The notes beneath the pieces are model-generated. The model did no database searches and was not told the DNA's origin. It saw only the letters and a list, made by a program, of their open reading frames with translations. The position numbers and the translations under genes were made by a program. DNA of 64,000 nucleotides, taken from NCBI GenBank assembly GCA_903878285.1, contig CAIRHB010000002.1:808-64807 (forward strand), read 5' to 3'. This DNA is from Candidatus Adlerbacteria bacterium (lineage in GTDB: Bacteria; Patescibacteriota; Minisyncoccia; Phycocordibacterales; SBAW01). Below, piece by piece: positions 9,012-17,349 of this stretch (the first letter of the stretch is position 1; each line of letters starts with the position of its first letter).

Positions 9012-9479
9012 CTAGAGATTGTTCCCTGAAGCGACACCGTACTGGGCTGTTATTAGCTTATGAAACTCGGAGAGAGTGCTGCATTTTGTGCTACTTACAT
9101 AGCACACACCCACACTGTCCCCAGCGTTATACATAGCATAGATGTCTGAAGTGTTTACATCCCAGACAGTTTCTTCATAGTTGTAACCCTCGTAGTTTGC
9201 TTTGTTTGGTACTTGTTGATACACATCTATGTAACATTTCTCTTTTTCAGGATTATAATAGTTTGCATAAAAGGAAATGGCAGATGGTTTTTCTATACTT
9301 TGAGGAAAGAACTTAGCCGCAGCGTCGGCGCATTTTTGTTGCAGGGCAAAATAGTTTACTTGTTCTTGTGTAACAGATGTTGCTACAACTAACTTAGAGA
9401 TTCTATATTGCTGATACAAAACAATACCAACAAGCAGGAAGGTAATTATCCCCAAAAACAGAACAGATTTATTTTTCAT
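9012..9479 (-). CDS. Membrane-anchored hypothetical protein (N-terminal TM helix, Cys-containing extracytoplasmic domain)
   Basis: The start was reset to the MKNKSVLFLGIITFLLVGIVLY signal-anchor. It is immediately upstream of the HEPN-like gene and co-oriented with it. Confidence 0.45.
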   Translation of the reverse strand: MKNKSVLFLGIITFLLVGIVLYQQYRISKLVVATSVTQEQVNYFALQQKCADAAAKFFPQSIEKPSAISFYANYYNPEKEKCYIDVYQQVPNKANYEGYNYEETVWDVNTSDIYAMYNAGDSVGVCYVSSTKCSTLSEFHKLITAQYGVASGNNL

Positions 9480-9858
9480 ACGCACTCTACTAGGATTTAG
9501 TGCGACGGAGTAAGCCTCTGGGCGACCAAAGAACTCCTGGCCATCGCGACCCGACCTTTCGGCCGAGCCCATACCCGTTTCCAGATATGACCTAGTAGAG
9601 TGACTCTGACCAGGAGTCCTTTAATCTCTACTAGGATTTGCAACCATACCTTGGGGATTTTAAGACCCAAGGGTTAGGCCGGCTTTTATTAAGTTGTACA
9701 CAACCATGATAGCGCTTTTAGGGCTATCGTCCAAGTACTTTAACTTACTTCTGGAGAATTGCGAAGAGGTAACCAACAGGTCTTTTTTGATCGCTTAAGT
9801 TACCAACATCTTGGGTGCTCGGGACGCTCTGGACTCCTGAGGCAGTCTGCGTCATTCC

Positions 9859-11193
9859 TTGTGGTGTATGACCAACACAACACAAGTGCCAGCGGGGACA
9901 CTGGCTCGGGCGGCGCAAGTCCCAATACCAGTAAAGTATTGTTTGTATGCTCGCAAGAGCACAGAGTCCGAGGAGCGGCAGGTGCTCTCCATCGACTCGC
10001 AAATCAAGGAGATGCTTCAGCTCGCCGAGCGTGAAGGACTCCAGATTGTCGCTATGAAACGCGAGTCGCACTCGGCGAAGGAGACGGGTCAGCGTCCCAT
10101 ATTCAACGAGATTGTCGAGGAGATAAAGGGCGGCAAATACAACGGCATCCTCACTTGGGCACCCGACCGCATCAGCCGCAATGCAGGCGACCTCGGCAAG
10201 ATAGTAGATCTCATGGACGCGGGTGGATTACAAGAGATACGCACCTACAGCCAAAGCTTCCGCAATAATCCGAACGAGAAGTTTTTACTGATGATACTCG
10301 GGAGCCAAGCAAAGCTCGAGAACGACAATCGCGGTATTAATGTAAAACGTGGTCTGCGCACCAGAGTGGAGATGGGGCTGTGGCCGACGACCCCACCGAC
10401 TGGCTACCTGACACAGAAGAATATGGAGAAAAAATGTCAGGTTATCATCGACCCAGAGCGTAGCCCCATCGTGCGTAAGATGTTCGAGAAAATGGCGTAT
10501 GAACATTGGTCGGGGCGCAAGATACATCACTGGCTCAAGTTCGAGCTGAACTTCAAGACGGTGGGTAACAAAAATCTCGCGCTCAGCAACATCTTCCGAA
10601 CGCTACAGAACCCCTTCTACTACGGAGTATTCGAGTACCCGAAAGCATCTGGAAACTGGTATACCGGCAAGCATGAACCACTGATAACCAAGGAGCTGTT
10701 CGAGCTTGTACAGACACAACTCAAGCGGGACAACATCACCCGACAAAGCCACGAGTTCGCTTTCACCAAACTCATTGTCTGCGGCAAGTGTGGATCATGC
10801 GTGAGTGCCGAGGAAAAGTACAAACCGCGCAAGGATGGGACCACGATACGATACGTCTACTACGGATGTGGCAGATCAAAAGACCATCACTGCAAAGGTA
10901 ACAAATACTTGCGCGAGGAAGATCTGGTCGAGCAACTGCTTGGCGTGCTTGATCAAATCGACCTCAACGTGCTCGGTGTACAGATAAAGTTCAAAGATGA
11001 GCTCAAGCGGCACAACAAATTCCAGCGCACGGTACTGGGACTATCAAACCCATCTGCCGAGCACGAAGATATCGACCTCAAGACCTATGCCAAATACATT
11101 CTCAAGGAGGGTACCATGGAGGAAAAGCGTGAACTGATGGGGTGCTTCAAGACAAAGCTCAAGATCACAGAGGGTGTTGTAACTATCGGCTAG
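9859..11193 (+). CDS. Large serine recombinase (phage-integrase type), copy A
   Basis: N-terminal resolvase catalytic domain (YARKST..SIDSQ), recombinase domain, and a Cys-rich zinc ribbon (CGKCGS...C..C). Length 444 aa. Confidence 0.9.
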   Translation: MWCMTNTTQVPAGTLARAAQVPIPVKYCLYARKSTESEERQVLSIDSQIKEMLQLAEREGLQIVAMKRESHSAKETGQRPIFNEIVEEIKGGKYNGILTWAPDRISRNAGDLGKIVDLMDAGGLQEIRTYSQSFRNNPNEKFLLMILGSQAKLENDNRGINVKRGLRTRVEMGLWPTTPPTGYLTQKNMEKKCQVIIDPERSPIVRKMFEKMAYEHWSGRKIHHWLKFELNFKTVGNKNLALSNIFRTLQNPFYYGVFEYPKASGNWYTGKHEPLITKELFELVQTQLKRDNITRQSHEFAFTKLIVCGKCGSCVSAEEKYKPRKDGTTIRYVYYGCGRSKDHHCKGNKYLREEDLVEQLLGVLDQIDLNVLGVQIKFKDELKRHNKFQRTVLGLSNPSAEHEDIDLKTYAKYILKEGTMEEKRELMGCFKTKLKITEGVVTIG

Positions 11194-11204
11194 GGTTGTG
11201 CGTA

Positions 11205-11897
11205 CTAAACCAATCCTAACTTCTCAAATGGATAATGTTTCTCGTCTGGCGTCGACATTACCTCAATCGTCGATTTACCAGATCTTTTCAGACGAAGCAC
11301 CCGCCGTTTTGGATGCCTCAGACACTCTTGCGCGAGATCAAAAGTTGCAACAAGATCAACGGTCGGATAGATTTGCGCCATTGAGTACATCTCTTTTGCA
11401 GGATCGGATTTGCCAATTATTATTATCGGAGCATGAGTTGCCAGATTTTTCTCAGCGAGCGCTTTCTGCAGTTCTGCATATGGCGGCACCAAAATCGGCC
11501 TATGCACGTGGCATAAAATAGTCGTTTGATCGTCATATGATTTCTTGCGAGCAAGCTTAGTATTCATCAGAAAGTCGATCAGATTGGTTTCAGAAGTATG
11601 TTCGTCGAATGTTACAACTTCGACATCTTGAACCGCAAAATCGTTGTCTCGAATCTTCTTCTCGTAGCAGCCGGTCCGCACATCAGGGCTTCCTTCATCG
11701 TCGCTGACGAGCTGCATCCAGAATTCTCTGTTGAGAGTTTTCATGATGCCCATAAGTGAAATAGCTACAATATAGCATTCAGCCGCTTTTCGGTAGATTT
11801 CGCTGCCGGGTACTATTTTGCGTTGTCGCTCCAACTCTCTGAAGTGATGGATGACGTTTAATGGCGGGAACCAAAGGTTGTCAGCGAGAAATATCAT
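11205..11897 (-). CDS. Hypothetical protein (island cargo)
   Basis: 230-aa low-GC ORF convergent with the recombinase stop. No recognisable motif. Confidence 0.4.
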   Translation of the reverse strand: MIFLADNLWFPPLNVIHHFRELERQRKIVPGSEIYRKAAECYIVAISLMGIMKTLNREFWMQLVSDDEGSPDVRTGCYEKKIRDNDFAVQDVEVVTFDEHTSETNLIDFLMNTKLARKKSYDDQTTILCHVHRPILVPPYAELQKALAEKNLATHAPIIIIGKSDPAKEMYSMAQIYPTVDLVATFDLAQECLRHPKRRVLRLKRSGKSTIEVMSTPDEKHYPFEKLGLV

Positions 11898-12036
11898 ACA
11901 CGCTAATAATAAGCTCTCGGGTCTGTCCGATACAAAAGTCTGCGGGCGGGCCGTCTTGAGCTAGAACCGTGGTCGGTCAAGCCCTGTTTGACGGAATAGC
12001 TACATTTTACACTATTGAAACGACGCATCTCGAGCG

Positions 12037-12252
12037 CTATGCCTTTCGCCACTGATCAGGTTTTCCTTTGTTTGTATGACGAACGCGCTCTACATCCGGG
12101 CGCACGTCCGGAAACATCTTTTGTGCTTTTGCAATTGCCTTCGCTTGCGTAGGCGCAGTCGCAGAAGCTCGTTTTGAATGCTCCTGGCGAACGGCATAAT
12201 CGCCCTCGGGCCGCTTCTCTATGTAGATATCTGGTCCTTTCTTCTTACCCAT
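12037..12252 (-). CDS. DUF2188-like small protein
   Basis: 71 aa. The pattern (YAVRQEHSKRASATAPTQAKAIAKAQ) resembles the DUF2188 / YjzC-like family. Recalled from memory. Confidence 0.5.
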   Translation of the reverse strand: MGKKKGPDIYIEKRPEGDYAVRQEHSKRASATAPTQAKAIAKAQKMFPDVRPDVERVRHTNKGKPDQWRKA

Positions 12253-12320
12253 ACCCTAAGTGTATCAAATAGTGACAAAAGTGACACGGGAATGAGAATG
12301 GGTTGTGTCACTTTGTCGAT

Positions 12321-13319
12321 TCAACTTAAAAATTCCTCTGGAACCGGATTTGTCATAAAGAATGTGTACGGCGCCCATTTCGCACGGGCAGGCTTGATCT
12401 CTTGGAACTGTTTATTACCAACCCGTTGGTATGAACTAAGAATCTTTTTCGACTTAAGATTCCCATATATATAATTATTTGAGAATCCCATGGTGTTGGA
12501 ATTGATGTAATCGATTTTCTTCTCCGATGTGATCTCAAATTTTGATTTCGAGAGCGGGAGGTCCCGCAACAATAGACCTATTCTGGGGCTGAGAGGAAGA
12601 AATATTGTGCCGTTTCCTAATCCGGCGTTATATATTGGAGGAATATAGGTCGGACGGTAAATCGATATCGGATTATCTGACGTAACGAACACTTTCCAAG
12701 TCGGGTTGATTACGAGGTGCCAGTGCTTACTCCTGTAATACCCGTCTGCAAGCTCCATCGAGAGCTCAATACCCTGAGCCAGAAAGAATGCTCGCGCCTC
12801 TTTAAATTCGACAGAATATTCTTTATTTAGGACGAATTGTCGATGCTCTTCCAACTCTTTTGCGTTCAAGATTATGCCAGCTTCTTCGCTTTGTTTCTTA
12901 AAAACACTTTTATCCATGGCATTCATGGCCATGAATTCTTTCATACCCTCGGCGCGAATAGCTTCCATTGCTTTCACAAAGCCCGGCGTTCTAACTGCAA
13001 GCAATGCAATGAACACGGCGATCATCTGCTTTTGATCATCGTCGCAATTTATTTCCTCGGTACGAATAATATCTTTAATCGCTGCGCCGACCTTTCCCTC
13101 AATCATGGTGTGAAATTCATCAATATCTCTACTCGTCGTTGAATCCTTTTTGTTCGTGAAAGTATAAAAATCTTTCTCGGCAGCAATATCTTTAATGGCT
13201 GCTGGCACAATACTTTCTTGTGAATACTGAAAGATGTGGGGAGTGTAAGGGTTTTTATCAGACGAGAATGCATCCAAGTAGAATTGTGGTACGTAGTGGT
13301 CCTTTGGTTTTCCTGCCAT
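12321..13319 (-). CDS. DUF4238-like protein
   Basis: The N-terminal HYVPQFYLDAF matches, as I recall it, the signature start of the DUF4238 family. 332 aa, low GC. Confidence 0.55.
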   Translation of the reverse strand: MAGKPKDHYVPQFYLDAFSSDKNPYTPHIFQYSQESIVPAAIKDIAAEKDFYTFTNKKDSTTSRDIDEFHTMIEGKVGAAIKDIIRTEEINCDDDQKQMIAVFIALLAVRTPGFVKAMEAIRAEGMKEFMAMNAMDKSVFKKQSEEAGIILNAKELEEHRQFVLNKEYSVEFKEARAFFLAQGIELSMELADGYYRSKHWHLVINPTWKVFVTSDNPISIYRPTYIPPIYNAGLGNGTIFLPLSPRIGLLLRDLPLSKSKFEITSEKKIDYINSNTMGFSNNYIYGNLKSKKILSSYQRVGNKQFQEIKPARAKWAPYTFFMTNPVPEEFLS

Positions 13320-13454
13320 AGCGCTTTTTATAATACCCCTATGTGCAAGAATGGCGAGTTGACTTAAGAACGTAGGTTAGATTCTGAGACTCGCCGACCG
13401 CCCCTGTACTGCCTTTTGACGCTATTTATTAAATAGCCCAGCGATCGGCAAGTC

Positions 13455-13640
13455 TCAAAACCCATTAATCGCCTCAACTCTCTGTCTATTTAGATACTTA
13501 ATAATGTCGTTTTTATCGAAACGGACACTACCCCCAACCTTAATGAATGGGAGCTGTCGCCCTTGCTGCAGGCGTCGCACTGATGTCGGAGATACCTTTA
13601 AAAACTCAGCGACCTCGTTTATGGTCAATAGTTCTAGCAT
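13455..13640 (-). CDS. Excisionase/AlpA-family helix-turn-helix DNA-binding protein
   Basis: 61 aa with a TINEVAEFLKVSPTSVRRL...GGSVRF pattern typical of the excisionase-family DNA-binding domain. Confidence 0.7.
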   Translation of the reverse strand: MLELLTINEVAEFLKVSPTSVRRLQQGRQLPFIKVGGSVRFDKNDIIKYLNRQRVEAINGF

Positions 13641-13651
13641 AAAAGATAGGG

Positions 13652-14260
13652 TTATTTAGCGTACACGCACAGCCCATCAATAATGGGCTTTATTACGGCG
13701 TAAATCTGCCACACAAAAAGACTAACGAGCAATCCATATGTCACGATGACAAGCCATGAATGCTTATTGCCGTTAATCTCCTTGAAAACGCCGACCATCC
13801 CTTTTTGTCTCCATTCTTCTTTTGCACGCTTATCACCGAACAGCTCTCGAAAAAGCGAATAGCCGAATTGCGAAACAACATAAATCAGCCCGAATCCAAC
13901 TAATGTCATAAGCGAAGCGTCGGCGGTTTGATGCTCTTTGGGGAGCGAGCAGTAAGCTTGGCCAATGAAAATTATGAGGCTCAAACCAACGCTTGCTGCC
14001 AGAAGAGAGCGAAACACGACGTACCCTGCAACGAACCACAAGATGCTAAAGAATACACCATAGACGATAATGAGTACGACCGGACCAACGGTTGCAAAAT
14101 ACGAAGAGTGAATGAGGAACCATGAAGTCAGTGACACACCACCTAAGAAAATAAGAAACGACTTCAGATCCTTCCTTTGTACCCCAAGTTTATCGAGCAA
14201 TTTGTGAAAGGTGTTCATAAATGAAATTGAAAGAGTAAGCTTGAGATTTTTATTTTCCAA
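13652..14260 (-). CDS. Hypothetical 4-TM membrane protein
   Basis: 202 aa with four hydrophobic helices. It is tightly packed, overlapping the upstream gene by 11 nt. Confidence 0.5.
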   Translation of the reverse strand: MENKNLKLTLSISFMNTFHKLLDKLGVQRKDLKSFLIFLGGVSLTSWFLIHSSYFATVGPVVLIIVYGVFFSILWFVAGYVVFRSLLAASVGLSLIIFIGQAYCSLPKEHQTADASLMTLVGFGLIYVVSQFGYSLFRELFGDKRAKEEWRQKGMVGVFKEINGNKHSWLVIVTYGLLVSLFVWQIYAVIKPIIDGLCVYAK

Positions 14261-15428
14261 TTTTAATTTGCGGCAGCAATTCCGCAGTAAGATCTGCCGC
14301 CTCTTCTATCGATATTTTGTCCCCGAGCGTAACAATCTCCACGCTAATGCGGAAAACGATTTTTGCGGTCCCGAGCGCGGCGAGTATTTTGTCCTTGTTT
14401 GTCATATACTCTGCATTTTGCTCATTCACACCCTTTTCGCGCCCCTTGATATTAGTGGCGAAGCCAAACTTACCGGGCAAAAACTCTTCCGCGTTTATAT
14501 ACCGTCCATCGGGGGCATTGATGCCGTCATGAAAGATATGCGATTGATAGCCCTCGGGCAGCTCAAGCGATAGCCGTATGTCGCGTACCAGTATTTTTCT
14601 GCTTGATAGATTTTTGATAATGACCGGGATCATGAGGGTAAAACTTTCGGCCAGTCCTTCACGCGTCGTCACGATTTTACTAAAGCCTACTTTCTCAATC
14701 TCAATCTTTGGTAGGTCTGAACGCACTTCCATAGCGCCACGGGTGGAAACGATTTTCTTCCCACCAGGCAGTGTTACTGTGGTTTCAATATGCGGTACGA
14801 TATCCGTTGGCTCCGATCTCCCATCTTCAAGTCTTAGGGAGCCATTTTCTTTATCAACGATGACATGAGCTTTATCACCGCTGCCGTCGCGCTTGCCGAT
14901 GAGTAGGTGTTCATCGTGTCCTTGCGAGCGGGACTCGATAAAAATATTTTCATTTTTGTACCTGCTTTTTACCGTCTTGCCGCGCGCCGGTGTTTCCGCT
15001 TGTGAGCGCATAAATGACTCAACGCGATCCCTGTGGCGCAATTCTAGTTCTTGCGACGCGCGGTTGTATAAGCTACCGGGCACGTTTGAATTATCATTTC
15101 GACGCACAATTTCTCGCAGCTCCTCGTCGGTTCTTTTTGTAAGATCGCTGTAATCTTGAACTTCAAACTGGGCAAAATACTTTGCCACTCGATCTGGGGT
15201 CGAAGAAAAACCTTCGTGATAAATATCCTGCCCCTCGTTTTCGATTAAAAGGAAACCTTCCGCTTTCAGATGATGCAAAAAACCCTTTATGTGTTCTATC
15301 TCCTCATTTTGGAGGTTGGGTCGTATAGGCGTAACCAAAAGTTCAGCGATGCGGTGAACCTTCATAAAGCCGCTTCGTGCTCTAAAAAACTCCATTATTT
15401 GCTTCTTATTCGGGTACACCAGTTCCAT
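14250..15428 (-). CDS. Hypothetical protein, 392 aa (possible N-terminal winged-helix)
   Basis: Long low-GC ORF. The N-terminal 70 aa look wHTH-like. The remainder is unassigned. Confidence 0.5.
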   Translation of the reverse strand: MELVYPNKKQIMEFFRARSGFMKVHRIAELLVTPIRPNLQNEEIEHIKGFLHHLKAEGFLLIENEGQDIYHEGFSSTPDRVAKYFAQFEVQDYSDLTKRTDEELREIVRRNDNSNVPGSLYNRASQELELRHRDRVESFMRSQAETPARGKTVKSRYKNENIFIESRSQGHDEHLLIGKRDGSGDKAHVIVDKENGSLRLEDGRSEPTDIVPHIETTVTLPGGKKIVSTRGAMEVRSDLPKIEIEKVGFSKIVTTREGLAESFTLMIPVIIKNLSSRKILVRDIRLSLELPEGYQSHIFHDGINAPDGRYINAEEFLPGKFGFATNIKGREKGVNEQNAEYMTNKDKILAALGTAKIVFRISVEIVTLGDKISIEEAADLTAELLPQIKIGK

Positions 15429-15455
15429 ACCCGCAATCCTAGCAAAAAAGCAGCT

Positions 15456-16379
15456 TTATTTCCTCTTTCGCTTTTTACTGTCTCGTAACCTCTTTATATG
15501 CTCCTGACGCGTGCGTCTTTCCTCCCACTTCTTCTTTTTCTCCTCTTCTCGCGCTTTCATCTCCTCGGGTGGCACCACGCGCATGTAGTCCATGATCTTA
15601 TAGCCCTTGAGGACTTTGAACGGATCTCGGTGCTGATACCACTTTCCTCCGCCCTTGGTCTCCAACAACTTTTTTGGAGGCAGGAATCCTTTGTTGTCCT
15701 CGACCAAGAATAGTTCGGTGTGCACACCTTTCCCATAGTGGCTCACGGTTCGCGCCTTGAGTATGCCCATACGCATCCATTTGCCGACCGTCGGCCCTTT
15801 AAGATTGAAATTAGAGTCGAGGTCATACCTGCTGTACCAAATGTTTTTATCCTTCGCTAGTATGGCGGGAATCTCGCCCTCATCAATCGCTTTCTGACAT
15901 ACAAGACACTTGACACCGTATTTGTCGTACCAATTGTCGCCGCTCTGCGTATGCTGGCCGCATATCGCGCACGTATAACTGCCATCAAGATGAAAACCTT
16001 TGGGATTTGCCTTGAGTTTCTCGTCCCGCGCCTTATCTTTCTCTTTGATTTCCTCCATGAGCTTTCCCATTCGTTCCATACCGCTCTTCATCTCATAGTA
16101 CTTTTGACCCTCTTCTTCGGTAAGGCAGAAGCGGTCGCGGTCCGCAGCAAAGTTTTGATCAATACCCTCATCTTTCTTATGCGTCCATTCATACTCCTCG
16201 GTGTTCGCATAGCCGCACTTAACGCACGTCGTAGTCGTAACCGATCGCTTGTCGTCGTCCTCTATCTTCTTCTCAACCGGGCTGCGGCAATTCGGGCATA
16301 GCTCTGGCTTTGGCCGCCACTCTTCGCCGTTCGAGAAGAATGCGCGGCGCGGCATACAGTTGTTCGTGCAGTCGTACAT
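15456..16379 (-). CDS. Hypothetical zinc-ribbon protein (four CxxC pairs, lysine-rich C-terminus)
   Basis: CPNCR, CVKCG, CAICG and CLVCQ motifs. A KKKKWEERR...KKRKRK tail. Confidence 0.5.
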   Translation of the reverse strand: MYDCTNNCMPRRAFFSNGEEWRPKPELCPNCRSPVEKKIEDDDKRSVTTTTCVKCGYANTEEYEWTHKKDEGIDQNFAADRDRFCLTEEEGQKYYEMKSGMERMGKLMEEIKEKDKARDEKLKANPKGFHLDGSYTCAICGQHTQSGDNWYDKYGVKCLVCQKAIDEGEIPAILAKDKNIWYSRYDLDSNFNLKGPTVGKWMRMGILKARTVSHYGKGVHTELFLVEDNKGFLPPKKLLETKGGGKWYQHRDPFKVLKGYKIMDYMRVVPPEEMKAREEEKKKKWEERRTRQEHIKRLRDSKKRKRK

Positions 16380-16834
16380 AACAAAAGGCGCTCGGGCATA
16401 TCTTTGCCGGATTCATACCAGAGCGTTTTGAATGTCGGCTTTACTAAGTTTCGGCACGCAAGACAGCGGATACCCTCGGGGGCCTGCGCGGATTCGATCA
16501 GGTCGTCGAGTTTCTGGTCCCGATCCATCCACTCGCGGATTGTATTTTCTTTCTTGAGATATCGCTCACCAGTCTCCATTCGCAGATACCATTCTTTAGC
16601 ACCATCGATGGCTCGTTTCGCTTCCTCTTTACTCAAACCTTTTGGCTTTTTGGGCAAATCATCTACTCCTTTCGCTTTAAAAGATTGTTCTGTCCTACGA
16701 CACATCTCCACCGTGCCTCGATCATACAGGTCGGAGTAATAGAGGTGCGGCTTGAGATGCGGCTCGCTCATACCATAAATAATATTCAGAAAATCAGTCT
16801 TCGTAAATATGTCAGAAACGGCTGTATACTTCAT
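16262..16834 (-). CDS. Hypothetical Cys-containing protein; 3' end overlaps the next ORF out of frame (possible frameshift/pseudogene junction)
   Basis: The first ~150 aa look protein-like and include CLACRN. The last ~35 aa are Arg-rich and lie in the 118-nt overlap with the 15456..16379 ORF. Confidence 0.35.
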   Translation of the reverse strand: MKYTAVSDIFTKTDFLNIIYGMSEPHLKPHLYYSDLYDRGTVEMCRRTEQSFKAKGVDDLPKKPKGLSKEEAKRAIDGAKEWYLRMETGERYLKKENTIREWMDRDQKLDDLIESAQAPEGIRCLACRNLVKPTFKTLWYESGKDMPERLLLCTTARTTVCRAAHSSRTAKSGGQSQSYARIAAARLRRR

Positions 16835-16836
16835 GT

Positions 16837-17187
16837 ATGGCAGAGATAGAACGCATATACATAAAAGACCTGACCCTCCATTCGAGGGAGTCTCGCCCGA
16901 CTACCAAATTCTCAAAGGTTGCCGAAAAAGGCCGTATGTATCGGCCTATCGGCATTAGCCAGACCAAGGAAGTCGCCCCGACAGGTTTTTTACACCTCTT
17001 CGATTTCGAATTACCACAAGACCTAAAAGAGAGGGTTGATCGGGGTGAAGTCGAAATCATGATGCCCGAGGACGGAGTGAATATATACCTTGGGGATGAT
17101 GCCCAAGAAAAGCTCACCCAATTGAACGCCCAAGCTCGTCGCGAACTTATCCACCGCAGCCGCGGCAAGGATTGGCACGCGGAGTAG
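16837..17187 (+). CDS. Hypothetical protein
   Basis: 116-aa ORF divergent from the minus-strand operon. Start codons of the two are 2 nt apart. Confidence 0.35.
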   Translation: MAEIERIYIKDLTLHSRESRPTTKFSKVAEKGRMYRPIGISQTKEVAPTGFLHLFDFELPQDLKERVDRGEVEIMMPEDGVNIYLGDDAQEKLTQLNAQARRELIHRSRGKDWHAE

Positions 17188-17349
17188 AACGGCGTACAAT
17201 GAACGCACAACTGAATATTACTGGTGGTGCCTCGCAACTTGTTGCCACGCCCACTTCGTAGAGAAAGCCTTTGAGAATCACCCGTTGATTCCCTGAGACT
17301 TCCCCGCGAAGTGGGCTTTCTCGTTATTTATCAAGTAACGAAGAAAATT

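Noticed and set aside
16340-16400. Programmed ribosomal frameshift between the two Cys-rich ORFs
   Set aside because: No slippery heptamer or downstream pseudoknot is evident in the overlap. A simple gene overlap or a frameshift mutation or sequencing error is more likely. It is noted only as a possible pseudogene junction.
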